Positions 40,211 to 50,088 of a stretch of DNA of 64,000 nt are shown piece after piece; position 1 is the stretch's first letter, and each line of letters opens with the position of its first letter. The position numbers were made by a program, and so were the translations under genes. Below the pieces are notes generated by a model. It was not told where the DNA came from. It did not search any database and saw nothing but the letters and a program-made list of their open reading frames with translations. Source of the DNA: Deferribacterales bacterium (GTDB lineage Bacteria > Chrysiogenota > Deferribacteres > Deferribacterales > Geovibrionaceae); assembly GCA_050253075.1 (NCBI GenBank), contig JBFWJS010000003.1, positions 149,458 through 213,457 of the forward strand, read 5' to 3'.

Positions 40211-41356
40211 ATGTCATCATTTACAGTACCAAGAACTATCCACCACGGCCCAGGCTCATTAGAAAACCTCAAAGACGTAAAAGGCAGCAAAGCTGTTATC
40301 GTGATTGGCGGCGGTTCTATGAAGAGGCTCGGTGTTCTCGATAGAACTATCGCACTTCTTAAAGAAGGCGGTATCGAATCAGTTGTTTTCGAAGGTGTAG
40401 AGGCTGATCCTTCCGTTAATACAGTTATGAAAGGCGTTGAGCTTTTTAACAGAGAAAAGCCCGACCTCATCATCGGTCTCGGCGGATGCTCTGCCATAGA
40501 CGCTGCAAAGGCTATGTGGATATTCTACGAATACCCTGACTATACTTTTGCCGATGTCACAGTGCCTTTCGGCATCAAATCGCTGAGGAACAAGGCTCAC
40601 TTCGTAGCTATTCCTTCCACAAGCGGTACAGGTACAGAGGTCACATGTGTGGCTGTTATCACTGATACAGAAAAGGGGATCAAACACCCCCTCGTATCCT
40701 ATGAGATAACACCGGACATCGCCATCGTTGACGGCGAGCTCGCCAAAAGTATGCCCGCAAACGTGACGGCAGACACAGGCATGGACGCTCTTTCTCACGA
40801 TGTAGAGGCTGTTGTGGCGGCACTTGCCAGCACATATTCAGACACCCTCGCCATAGATTCTATCAGTGCTATTTTCGAAAACCTGCCTGTGGTTGTCGCA
40901 GACGGAGAGAATATAGAGGCAAGACAGGCAATGCACGACGCTTCATGCAAGGCCGGTATCGCATTCTCTAACGCTATCCTCGGCATCATCCACTCTATGT
41001 CTCATCAGATAGGCGGAACATTCAGCATACCTCACGGACGTGCGAATGCTATCCTCATGCCTAACGTCATCAGATATAACAGTGTAGAGACTGATAAATA
41101 TGAGCTTATGGCTAAGGCTGTGGGGAAAGAGACAGCGGAAGAGTTCGCTTGTGAAGTTGAAGCTCTCCGCGAAAGAGTGGGCATCGAAAAGAGCTTCCGT
41201 GACTACGGCATAGACGAGAAAGAGTGGAACGAAAAGCTCGACGACCTTGTAGACCACGCTCTCGCAGACCCATGTACGGGTACAAACCCTAGAAAACCTT
41301 CGGCAGCAGATATCAAAAACATACTGACATGCTGCTACAACGGCGTATCTATCTAA
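40211..41356 (+). CDS. iron-containing alcohol dehydrogenase
   Basis: GGCSAIDAAK, PSTSGTGTE, DALSH, HSMSH, PHGRAN. Confidence 0.93.
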   Translation: MSSFTVPRTIHHGPGSLENLKDVKGSKAVIVIGGGSMKRLGVLDRTIALLKEGGIESVVFEGVEADPSVNTVMKGVELFNREKPDLIIGLGGCSAIDAAKAMWIFYEYPDYTFADVTVPFGIKSLRNKAHFVAIPSTSGTGTEVTCVAVITDTEKGIKHPLVSYEITPDIAIVDGELAKSMPANVTADTGMDALSHDVEAVVAALASTYSDTLAIDSISAIFENLPVVVADGENIEARQAMHDASCKAGIAFSNAILGIIHSMSHQIGGTFSIPHGRANAILMPNVIRYNSVETDKYELMAKAVGKETAEEFACEVEALRERVGIEKSFRDYGIDEKEWNEKLDDLVDHALADPCTGTNPRKPSAADIKNILTCCYNGVSI

Positions 41357-41442
41357 AATATTCAAGGTGTCATGACCTTTTTAAGTAACAAGAAGTCGAA
41401 GGACTCTGCACCCTGCAGGGTCCTTTTGCTTTTCAGCGGAGT

Positions 41443-42099
41443 TTAGAAATGGATGGAGATGTTCCGCCCGTGGGTTGTTATCTCATTTCGCTCTATCATT
41501 GCTTTTATTATGCGGGAGAGGTTCTCAGGGGTGGTGCCGAGCAGAATTGCCAGCTCGCACTTTGCCACAGGCAGCCTGAAGCTCTTTGAATTTTTCTTTT
41601 CCGCATGCCTCAGCAGGAAATTTTCCAGACGCTGTTTCGTGTCGGACAGCATCAGATCCTCTATATGTGTGATGTAGAACTCAAATTCCTTTTTACATGA
41701 CGCCAGCATATCTTCCAGAACTTCATTGTCGCTGAAGGCGGCCTGTTTCAGCACGTTCTTATCCACGGCGAGCACCTCGCACCTTTCCAGTGCTTCGGCG
41801 GAAAGTATCGTCGGCCCTGTGATGATGCTCTTTGCAAAGGATTCGCCGGGCGAGATATATTTAAATACGACTTCCTTGCCGTCTTCGTTATGCCTGTACA
41901 GCTTTATGAGACCGCTTATCAGGTGGTAGGTGCTGTCCAGGATGTCCCCTTGCGTATAGAGCGTCTCTTTCTTTTTCAGAAAAAACACATTGCTGTTTTT
42001 TTCAATTTTTTCAGCCAGCGAAGGGGCATTCTTACCTATTCTGTGTAAGAGCAGGCTCTCTATCGCATCTTTTTTATTCAAAGTCTTAACACGCGTCAA
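41443..42099 (-). CDS. Crp/Fnr family transcriptional regulator
   Basis: cNMP domain (ISGLIKL, PGESF) and LGTTPENLSR HTH; TTG start with AGGAG. Confidence 0.9.
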   Translation of the reverse strand: MTRVKTLNKKDAIESLLLHRIGKNAPSLAEKIEKNSNVFFLKKKETLYTQGDILDSTYHLISGLIKLYRHNEDGKEVVFKYISPGESFAKSIITGPTILSAEALERCEVLAVDKNVLKQAAFSDNEVLEDMLASCKKEFEFYITHIEDLMLSDTKQRLENFLLRHAEKKNSKSFRLPVAKCELAILLGTTPENLSRIIKAMIERNEITTHGRNISIHF

Positions 42100-42116
42100 T
42101 GTTTTACTCCTTAAAT

Positions 42117-42135
42117 GATGTTAATACTCATTATC
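42117..42135. promoter_or_regulatory. Fur-box-like site
   Basis: Reverse complement GATAATGAGTATTAACATC matches GATAATGATAATCATTATC at 14/19 positions. Confidence 0.55.
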
Positions 42136-42205
42136 AATAAGTGGACGGCTTGTCAACGAAAACAGGAATAATAATGACTTTATAAATGTTACAGGAGATA
42201 AATTT

Positions 42206-44317
42206 ATGAGAGTACTATTGGCATTGATGATTGTTTTTACATTTTCAGTATCCGTACATGCAGAGAATATCATGCAGGATACCATTTATCTGGATTCTGT
42301 CACGGTGACAGACACGGGCTTCACGGAAGAACAGCTTAAATCCAGCGGATACAGGGTGGATGAAAGCAAGAGGAGCAACAACATCGCAGACTTCCTCGAG
42401 GACGACCCTGAGATAAGCCTTAAGAGGAAAACCGTAATAGGCGACAGCGGAGATGTCCTTACCATCAGGGGGCAGAGCGGACAGAGGATAATGATGAATC
42501 TGGACGGCAGATCGATGAACTCCACAGGTACAAACGGCGGTAACTATATAGATTTCAGCACTATCCCGCTGGACAACATTGAACGCATAGAAGTTATCAA
42601 AGGCGGAAGCAGCGCAGAATACGGCAATAATGCCCTCGGCGGTGTCATAAACGCATATACATATAAGCCCTCATCAAAGCCCAGTATAAACCTGTATGGT
42701 ACACTTGGTAAGTGGGACTGGGACGACGGCTTTTCTAATATACGAGGCAGCTATCTGCAGAAATTCGGCGCAATAGGCTTTAGCCTCTCAGGCAGCTATC
42801 AGGAAGCAGACGAATACCTCTGGAACAACGACTACCGCTCGACCCACTTCGCACCGAAGCTGTATATCGATACGCCCGGCGGAGGCGAGCTCGTACTCGG
42901 ATATGACTATACCAGAACATACCGGGGGCTCATCATAACAAACAGAGCCTCGAACGACCCTGACGACCCGGGGTATGACCAAAAGATAAATGAGGATGCT
43001 CCGCTCTCTCTCGGAGAGGTATTTTCTGGCGGTGCGGGCGGACGTGCCATGAGCGTAATAGGCGAGGGCGCACACTCAAATAAGATAAAGCATATGTACA
43101 ACGCAGCATATACCCATAATATAGGCGACAATGCCTTTGTCGAGTTCTCCGCATTTATGAACAAAGAGGATAGAGAGGATAAGAACTACGCAGATTCCAC
43201 ATTCGGCGGTGTGCAGGAGGGCGACCTTGTTCTCGACAGAACAGTAGAAGTAGACCGCAGCTACGGCTTTAAGGCGAAGAGCGAGATCAACCTTGAGAAG
43301 CACCACATAATCTTAGGCGCAGAGCAGAAGAATATGAAAGCAGGCGCAATAGACGTTGACTATGTAGCCTCAGGTCCGTGGCAGGGCGGTATCTCCAGCT
43401 CGGATTCCGACCCTGAGATAGAGAACATCGGCGTCTTTTTATCAGACACATGGGCGATAAATAATAAGCTCAGTATAGACGCAGGTCTCAGATACGACGA
43501 CTATGAAGCGGGACAGGATAAAACTATAAACGGAGTCCCCGGTCGTAAAACATATGAGGAAGACAGCCTGACACCGAAACTGGGAGCGACATACGCTTTC
43601 ACAGACAGAGACAAACTGGGCGTATATGTCTATCAGAGCTACAGAACTCCGACCATCCCCGAGATGAACCACTACGGCGACGCTCTCTCCATAGCGGCGC
43701 TGGAGGATGAGTCTCTGAAAGCGGAAAAAGCGAATGCCATAGATATGGCTTATAAGCACACATTCGCAGACAGGTCAGGATATGTGAAGCTGTCGGCATT
43801 CTATTACGACATAAAAGACTATCTGCTGATGGGCACAAACCCCGATACGAATATGGGGCGTATAACGTATAACATCGACAACGCAGTCTTCAAGGGGGTC
43901 AGCACGGCTGTCAGCTATAATGTATCCCCTAAGGTGACAGTGAACGCAGGTGCCGCATATCAAAAGACCAAAAAGAAGGGCGACCCTGTGACAGAATCAT
44001 ACGTTGGCTATACCTCAGACGAGGTGGACTATGTACCAGATGTCAAAGCTAATGCAGGGGTGGTGTGGAGGATAAGCGACAAGCTGACTCTGGACACTGA
44101 GCTGAGCTATGTGGGTGAGCGTAAATATTTCTACTACGGGAAATCACGTGACCTCGACCCATACGTGCTGGCGGATGCAAGCATAAGCTGGGAAGTGCTG
44201 AAGAATACTACCGTCGAGTTCTATCTCGATAACATATTTGATAAAGAATACGAAGAACAGTACGGATATCCTTCACTGGGGATAAACGGAGGAGTGAGCG
44301 TTAAATGGAAACTGTGA
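42206..44317 (+). CDS. TonB-dependent receptor
   Basis: TonB box DSVTVT, IRG, IERIEVIKG..SAEYG..ALGGVIN plug, DNIFDKEY barrel end. Confidence 0.95.
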   Translation: MRVLLALMIVFTFSVSVHAENIMQDTIYLDSVTVTDTGFTEEQLKSSGYRVDESKRSNNIADFLEDDPEISLKRKTVIGDSGDVLTIRGQSGQRIMMNLDGRSMNSTGTNGGNYIDFSTIPLDNIERIEVIKGGSSAEYGNNALGGVINAYTYKPSSKPSINLYGTLGKWDWDDGFSNIRGSYLQKFGAIGFSLSGSYQEADEYLWNNDYRSTHFAPKLYIDTPGGGELVLGYDYTRTYRGLIITNRASNDPDDPGYDQKINEDAPLSLGEVFSGGAGGRAMSVIGEGAHSNKIKHMYNAAYTHNIGDNAFVEFSAFMNKEDREDKNYADSTFGGVQEGDLVLDRTVEVDRSYGFKAKSEINLEKHHIILGAEQKNMKAGAIDVDYVASGPWQGGISSSDSDPEIENIGVFLSDTWAINNKLSIDAGLRYDDYEAGQDKTINGVPGRKTYEEDSLTPKLGATYAFTDRDKLGVYVYQSYRTPTIPEMNHYGDALSIAALEDESLKAEKANAIDMAYKHTFADRSGYVKLSAFYYDIKDYLLMGTNPDTNMGRITYNIDNAVFKGVSTAVSYNVSPKVTVNAGAAYQKTKKKGDPVTESYVGYTSDEVDYVPDVKANAGVVWRISDKLTLDTELSYVGERKYFYYGKSRDLDPYVLADASISWEVLKNTTVEFYLDNIFDKEYEEQYGYPSLGINGGVSVKWKL

Positions 44318-45057
44318 CAAAGAGCGAAAAGATGTGGGATAAAAAAGCAGAATCTTATCCAAGATATAACCCTTCGAAAGACACTTTCGAAGCGAAAATA
44401 ATAGAGATGATAAAAGAGCGTGGGGTTCCCCTCAGCGGCAGCAGCATTCTCGATGTCGGTTGCGGGAGCGGTAAATTCAGCATAGCACTGGCGAAAGAGT
44501 GCGGCTCGCTCCACGGCATAGATATCTCGGGCGTCATGCTCCGCATACTTCAGGAGGATGCCCTTGCCGAAGGCGTGGATAACATCACCACGGAGAAGAC
44601 AGGCTGGGAAGAATTCGAAGGGAAGGGCGACACATACGACATAGTATTTTGCTCCACAACCCCCGCCGTGCGAGAGCCCGAGGCGTATCAGGCGGTGCAC
44701 GGCATGGCACGTAAAGCTGTGGTATACCTCGGCTGGGCAGGCCGTAAGGAGTCTGATGTCTCAATAGCTGCGTGTAGGCATTTCGGCATAGAGCAGAAAG
44801 ATTTCAACGATACCACCGACCTGAAAAAATGGCTGGACGAGCAGGGGATAGAGTATCAGGCAGACGTGATAGAGAACGAATTCAGCAGGACAGAGCCCGT
44901 GTCCGGTGCTGTGGAGACCATCCGCGGTACCGTGGGCTATATGGGTATAAAAGCGACCGAGCAGGATATCGAAGCCATACTGAAAGGGATGGTCAAAGAC
45001 GGCGAGGTGACAGACAGGCACTATTTCAGAAGAGAGCTGATAATATGGGGAAAATGA
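44305..45057 (+). CDS. class I SAM-dependent methyltransferase
   Basis: ILDVGCGSG, GIDIS..ML. Confidence 0.9.
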   Translation: METVTKSEKMWDKKAESYPRYNPSKDTFEAKIIEMIKERGVPLSGSSILDVGCGSGKFSIALAKECGSLHGIDISGVMLRILQEDALAEGVDNITTEKTGWEEFEGKGDTYDIVFCSTTPAVREPEAYQAVHGMARKAVVYLGWAGRKESDVSIAACRHFGIEQKDFNDTTDLKKWLDEQGIEYQADVIENEFSRTEPVSGAVETIRGTVGYMGIKATEQDIEAILKGMVKDGEVTDRHYFRRELIIWGK

Positions 45058-46124
45058 GGCTGATCCTCTTTATGGCTGTCTTTATGTCTGCCCTTTCGGG
45101 GTGGGCATACGAGGTGACAGACCTCCTGGGGCGAAAGGTGAATATACCAGACGAAGGGGTAAACCGCATCGTCCCGCTGAAGAGCACTAGCGGACTGATA
45201 TCATTCCTCGGAGCACAGGCGGATGTCGTCGGCATAGAAAAGGTGGATGTGGCATATTCAGAGCGCAGACCCTTCACTATCGCTTCGTATAAATATTACA
45301 AAGACCTGCCGATAGTCAGCGAAGGCGGAGCAACGGGCAAGCCAGCCCATGAGATTATAGTCTCTCTGAAGCCTGATGTCGTATTTATGATATCGACAGA
45401 TGCCGCAGAGGCAGACATGCTGGAGAGGAAGATACGTAAGCCTGTCGTGGTGCTGAGCTACGGCACGGCAGAGACAGACTTCGAGAGCATATATGAATCC
45501 CTCCGTCTGGCAGGGAGGATACTCGGCAGATCGGAAAGGGCGGATGAGCTGATTGAATATATGAAAAAGCTTCAGTCTGAGCTGTGGTATGCGCCCGATG
45601 AAAAGGCGAAGGCATACATCGGCGGTGTTGCCTATAAGGGTATCCGAGGGCTGGACAGCACAGAGGGCGAGTTTGTCCCCTTTGATCTGGCGCATGTAGA
45701 GAATATGGCAGATAAGATGGGGCGGAAAGGGCATATGTTCCTGCAAAAGGAATATCTGTCTCTGTTAAATCCGCCGCTGATATTCATAGACTCCGCAGGC
45801 TTTGAGGTTGTGTCCGAACAGAGCAGAAAGGAACAGAGATACTATAAACGCTTTAAAGCATTCAAAGAGGACAGGGTGTACCTGCTCCCTCCGAATAATA
45901 CATTTTACAGAAACATCGATCTGATGCTTGCCAATGCGTTCTTCATAGCAAAGGCAGCCTATCCGGAGCAGTATAAAGAGCTCGACCCTTTTGCGAAGGC
46001 GGACGAGATAATAAAGACCTTTACCGGTGAGGCTCTCTACGGTGCTATGGCGGATGAGTTCGGCGGGTTTAAAAAGGTCAGGCTGACAGACGACGGGCTG
46101 ACTCTGGGGGATGCCGGTCTATGA
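45054..46124 (+). CDS. iron/cobalamin-type ABC substrate-binding protein
   Basis: Signal peptide, VTDLLGRKV, EIIVSLKPDVV; start reset to MRLILF. Confidence 0.88.
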   Translation: MRLILFMAVFMSALSGWAYEVTDLLGRKVNIPDEGVNRIVPLKSTSGLISFLGAQADVVGIEKVDVAYSERRPFTIASYKYYKDLPIVSEGGATGKPAHEIIVSLKPDVVFMISTDAAEADMLERKIRKPVVVLSYGTAETDFESIYESLRLAGRILGRSERADELIEYMKKLQSELWYAPDEKAKAYIGGVAYKGIRGLDSTEGEFVPFDLAHVENMADKMGRKGHMFLQKEYLSLLNPPLIFIDSAGFEVVSEQSRKEQRYYKRFKAFKEDRVYLLPPNNTFYRNIDLMLANAFFIAKAAYPEQYKELDPFAKADEIIKTFTGEALYGAMADEFGGFKKVRLTDDGLTLGDAGL

Positions 46125-47149
46125 GACAACAGGTTATTTTCTGGAGCGTGATGCTGTTTCTGCTGGCGGCATTCGTTTTAATGGGGGCAAAGCACGGGGC
46201 TGTGGAAAACAGCTGGGGCGACACCGTCAGAGCATTTTTAATGACGGGCGACGATGAGGATCTGGAATATTTCCTCTGGCATCTGCGTATGCCGAAGATA
46301 GTAGCGGCGCTTGCCGTCGGCGGTGCGCTGGCTGTCAGCGGTGTGATACTGCAGAACATCCTGAACAACCCGCTTGCTTCGTCTTTCACACTTGGACTTT
46401 CACAGGGTGCCTCATTCGGGGCGACCTTTTCGATAATAATGCTGGGGGCGGGCTTTTCGGGCGGCGGATTCATGCTGGGCAATCTGGGCGTGGTGGCTTT
46501 CGGAGCTTTCCTCGGTGCGCTTCTTTCCGCCGTGATAATTCTGCTGTTCTCCTTTGTCAGGGGGATGACACCGCAGGGGTTGATACTCGTTGGTGTTGCC
46601 ATGTCTGCTTTCTTCAGCGCATGTACCATGCTTATGCAGTATTTCTCCACGGATTCGGAGCTGGCTGCTGCCGTCTTCTGGACATTCGGAGACCTCAGCA
46701 AGGGCGCATGGTCAGAGGCTGTCACTGTATTTATCGTATTGCTCGTCGGGCTTGCCTTTGCCGTCAGGTACAGCTGGGACTACAACGCTCTGCAGTGGGG
46801 CGATATGCATGCAGTGGGGCTGGGTGTGGATGCTAAGAGGATAAGGGTGTATTCGCTGATAATGACATCATTTATGGCTGCGTTTGCAACTGCTTATTAC
46901 GGCATAATAGGCTTCGTGGGGCTGATAGCTCCGCATATGGTGAGGATGACGTTCAGACACGTGAATCACGGTTTTCTCATACCTGCCTCTGCTGTTCTGG
47001 GCGGTGTTTTCCTTTTGGGTGCGGACACGCTTGCACAGATGCTCTTTTTCCCTTTATCGCTCCCCGTGGGCGTGATAACAGCATTCGCCGGTGTTCCTAT
47101 GTTTCTTTTTATACTGATGAAGAGGTCGCTGCAGCATGGTAAGAGCTGA
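46121..47149 (+). CDS. FecCD/BtuC family ABC permease
   Basis: LRMPK, NPLAS..TLG, IGFVGLIAPH, LPVGVIT. Confidence 0.93.
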   Translation: MRQQVIFWSVMLFLLAAFVLMGAKHGAVENSWGDTVRAFLMTGDDEDLEYFLWHLRMPKIVAALAVGGALAVSGVILQNILNNPLASSFTLGLSQGASFGATFSIIMLGAGFSGGGFMLGNLGVVAFGAFLGALLSAVIILLFSFVRGMTPQGLILVGVAMSAFFSACTMLMQYFSTDSELAAAVFWTFGDLSKGAWSEAVTVFIVLLVGLAFAVRYSWDYNALQWGDMHAVGLGVDAKRIRVYSLIMTSFMAAFATAYYGIIGFVGLIAPHMVRMTFRHVNHGFLIPASAVLGGVFLLGADTLAQMLFFPLSLPVGVITAFAGVPMFLFILMKRSLQHGKS

Positions 47150-47885
47150 TAATATAACATTCAAACTCAAAAGCGGACGGAAGATATTAGACAATGTGAG
47201 CTTTGCTCTCGAGAGCTCAGAGATATGCGCCGTGATAGGTCCGAACGGTGCGGGGAAGAGCACGCTTATGAAGGTGCTGAACGGGATAATTATGCCATCG
47301 GAAGGAGTTGTGAGGATAGGCAGCCAAAAGCTGAACGGGCTGAAAAGGAGCGAAATAGCTAAGATGATAGCCTTCCTCCCTCAGACAACCCATGCTGTCC
47401 CCTGCCGTGTGTATGACTCTGTGCTTTTGGGGCGGAAGCCGTATATGAGCTGGAACCCAAAGGAACGTGATCATTCTATGGCTGAGGATGTGATGAGCGA
47501 ATTCGGCATATGTGAAATGCGTGATAAGTGCGTGACAGAGCTTTCCGGCGGAGAATTTCAAAAGACGCTGATAGCAAGGGCTATGGTGCAGAACGCAGAT
47601 ATACTTATGCTGGACGAACCGATAAACCATCTGGATGTGAAGAATCAGGTGGACATAATGAACATAGCACAGTCTGTCACAAAACGCCGTAATCTGGCGA
47701 CAATGATAGTGATGCATGATCTGAATCTGGCTATGCGTTATGCGGATAAGATACTGCTGATGAACAACGGAAAGGTTGTCCACTGGGGGCGGAAGGAAGA
47801 CCTGTCCGAAGAGCACCTGTCGGGCGCATTCGGTATAGATATCTCTGTCCACAGGCTGAACGATAAAAGTGTCGTGCTTTTTTAA
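47136..47885 (+). CDS. ABC ATP-binding protein (FecE-like)
   Basis: GPNGAGKST, LSGGE, LDEP.NHLD, HDLNLA. Confidence 0.93.
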   Translation: MVRADNITFKLKSGRKILDNVSFALESSEICAVIGPNGAGKSTLMKVLNGIIMPSEGVVRIGSQKLNGLKRSEIAKMIAFLPQTTHAVPCRVYDSVLLGRKPYMSWNPKERDHSMAEDVMSEFGICEMRDKCVTELSGGEFQKTLIARAMVQNADILMLDEPINHLDVKNQVDIMNIAQSVTKRRNLATMIVMHDLNLAMRYADKILLMNNGKVVHWGRKEDLSEEHLSGAFGIDISVHRLNDKSVVLF

Positions 47886-47904
47886 AGCAGACACAGCCTC
47901 CGCA

Positions 47905-48051
47905 TCATTCTTCTCTGCGGAGTATGATCTGTTTTATCTCTGGCGGAACGAACAGTCTGAATGAGAAGCCTGCCCAGATACCTGTGCCTGCATTAAAAAG
48001 CGGAAGGCTTCCGGTACGTCTGTCATGGCTTTGCGAATGATACATACTCAT
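47905..48051 (-). pseudogene. remnant of a YkuE-like metallophosphoesterase C-terminus
   Basis: 48-aa frame ending NAGTGIWAGFSFRLFVPPEIKQIILRREE*, the G-x-G-x-W...R-L-x-x-P-P-E-I family tail; the rest of the gene is absent. Confidence 0.6.
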
Positions 48052-48248
48052 AATGCACGTTTCGGCGGTAAAGCGTTATACGGTTCCTGAGTGATACTTG
48101 GCTGATACTGCATATCAACAAATTTAGGTTTTCTGCATTTATAGGCAAGAATATTGTAAGAATTGGCTATTACTTTTTTTGTAAATGTACATATTATAAC
48201 CCATAGTGATTTTCTAATTTTATTCACTTTTCTTCGGAGTAAAATCTA

Positions 48249-49451
48249 ATGCCTCGGAACGAATTCATAAATGCAAAAGGCAGTTTGCGACTTTTGCTTA
48301 TCCTTAGCCTTCTTATGGGCTTTGCTTCACTTTCCACAGACGTATATCTCCCCGCTATGCCCGCAATGCAGCAGGCACTGGGTGTCAGCCCGGGTATGAT
48401 AGAGTTCACTGTTTCAGGGTATCTCATCGGCTTCAGTATCGGTCAGTTATTCTGGGGGCCGATAAGCGACAGATACGGACGGCGAAAGCCTGTTATCATC
48501 GGGCTGGTGCTGTTTATCATCGGTTCTGCCGGTTGTGCTATGTCGGGGGATATTATCACCATGATAGCATGGCGTGTAGTTCAGGCACTCGGAGCATGTG
48601 CCAGTGTGGCTCTGTCCCGAGCGATGGTTCGGGATATATACAGCGGAAGTGAGGCGGCGAGAATGATGTCTGTGCTGATATCCGTGATGGCTATCGCACC
48701 CCTCGTAGGTCCATTCATCGGCGGGCAGGTACTGCTCTTTTCAGGATGGAGGATGATATTCTGGGGGCTGGTGGTTCTCGGTGCTCTGACGCTGGCGTCT
48801 ATGTTCACCATACAGGAGACGCTCCCTGCGGAAAGGCGTGATACCGACACATCGATCTTTAGCTCCATACTAAACTATTTTAAGCTGATAAAGCACCGCA
48901 GTATCCTTGCATATGCGGGTGCCAGCGGCTTTTTCTATTGCTCGATATTTGCCTATGTGGCGGGCAGTCCGTTTGCATACATAGACTATCATCATCTGAA
49001 ACCACAGTATTACGGCATATTATTCGGCATAAATACTCTGGGCATCATGCTCAGCAACCTTTTGAATAATAAGGTCGTGACCAGATTCGGCCTTAAGAAG
49101 ATTATCGTATTCGGAGGTGTATGCTCAACTGTTGCGGGTATTGTGCTTGTGCTGAATGCGTTGTCTGATTTCGGCGGTCTTGCAGGGCTTGCCATACCTC
49201 TCTTTGTGCTGGTCAGCATGAACGGCTTCATCGTGGCAAACTCCATAGCCGGCGCTCTGGAGGACTTTCCTCATAATGCAGGTGCCGTGTCGGCGCTGAT
49301 AGGCATGATACAGTACGGCAGCGGTATAGCAGGTACGGGCATAACGGGTCTGCTGGCTGACGGCACTCCTCTGCCTATGGCAGGTGTTATGGGTGTTTCG
49401 GGCGTCTTTATACTCGTTTTCGCACTGCTCATACCAAAGAGGGCGGATTAG
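48249..49451 (+). CDS. Bcr/CflA family MFS drug efflux transporter
   Basis: STDVYLPAMP, GPISDRYGRR, RAMVRD, AGAVSAL. Confidence 0.93.
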   Translation: MPRNEFINAKGSLRLLLILSLLMGFASLSTDVYLPAMPAMQQALGVSPGMIEFTVSGYLIGFSIGQLFWGPISDRYGRRKPVIIGLVLFIIGSAGCAMSGDIITMIAWRVVQALGACASVALSRAMVRDIYSGSEAARMMSVLISVMAIAPLVGPFIGGQVLLFSGWRMIFWGLVVLGALTLASMFTIQETLPAERRDTDTSIFSSILNYFKLIKHRSILAYAGASGFFYCSIFAYVAGSPFAYIDYHHLKPQYYGILFGINTLGIMLSNLLNNKVVTRFGLKKIIVFGGVCSTVAGIVLVLNALSDFGGLAGLAIPLFVLVSMNGFIVANSIAGALEDFPHNAGAVSALIGMIQYGSGIAGTGITGLLADGTPLPMAGVMGVSGVFILVFALLIPKRAD

Positions 49452-50088
49452 TCTCTACTGCTTTACTTCAATAAAATACACTTCGTACCTTTTCAAAAAT
49501 GCTGAAGTTATTTAACATTATTTAACTAATAGTTTACAAAATCAAACCTGTTCTTATGCCCTCTATAGTTCATGGAGAGCTTTTGATTTGGGTGTATTTC
49601 ATGTGTTTTGCATCAATAATATATAACCTAAATGCATTAATTTTACACAAAAAACATATTAACCTGAGTGCATGGAAGTATAGTCTGTGGTTATAAGTGG
49701 TTGTGCTTTGAATGTGATTTGCACATAAATTTTCTTTTATATTAATTATTTGAAATTTTATGACGAAAAAAGTATCAATTTGAAAACTTATCTCCCATAT
49801 GATGATTGATATATAAATTTTTATTATAATTGCGGTTCGCTAAATGGTTGCATTCTTTGAGGATTTCACCATATGAACTTATAATATAAAGGTATTAAAA
49901 ATGATTTATTTATGCGAAAAGGTAAAATTCACTATTAATCTTAGTTAAAAATCTGTAGTATTACACACGTTCTATTTTATTAATTATTAGCGGCGTTTTT
50001 TTATCAATTAATACACCCAATTAAACAACGAACAAAAAATATATGTATGTCTATGGCATAGATGCTGAAAATCTATGGAGGAATAGCT

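Noticed and set aside
44829..45053. N-terminal extension of the binding-protein ORF
   Set aside because: Overlaps the methyltransferase; the signal peptide starts at ATG 45054.
49452..50088. c-di-GMP riboswitch or small ORF upstream of the adhesin
   Set aside because: AT-rich; no GEMM-like motif or credible ORF could be identified by eye.
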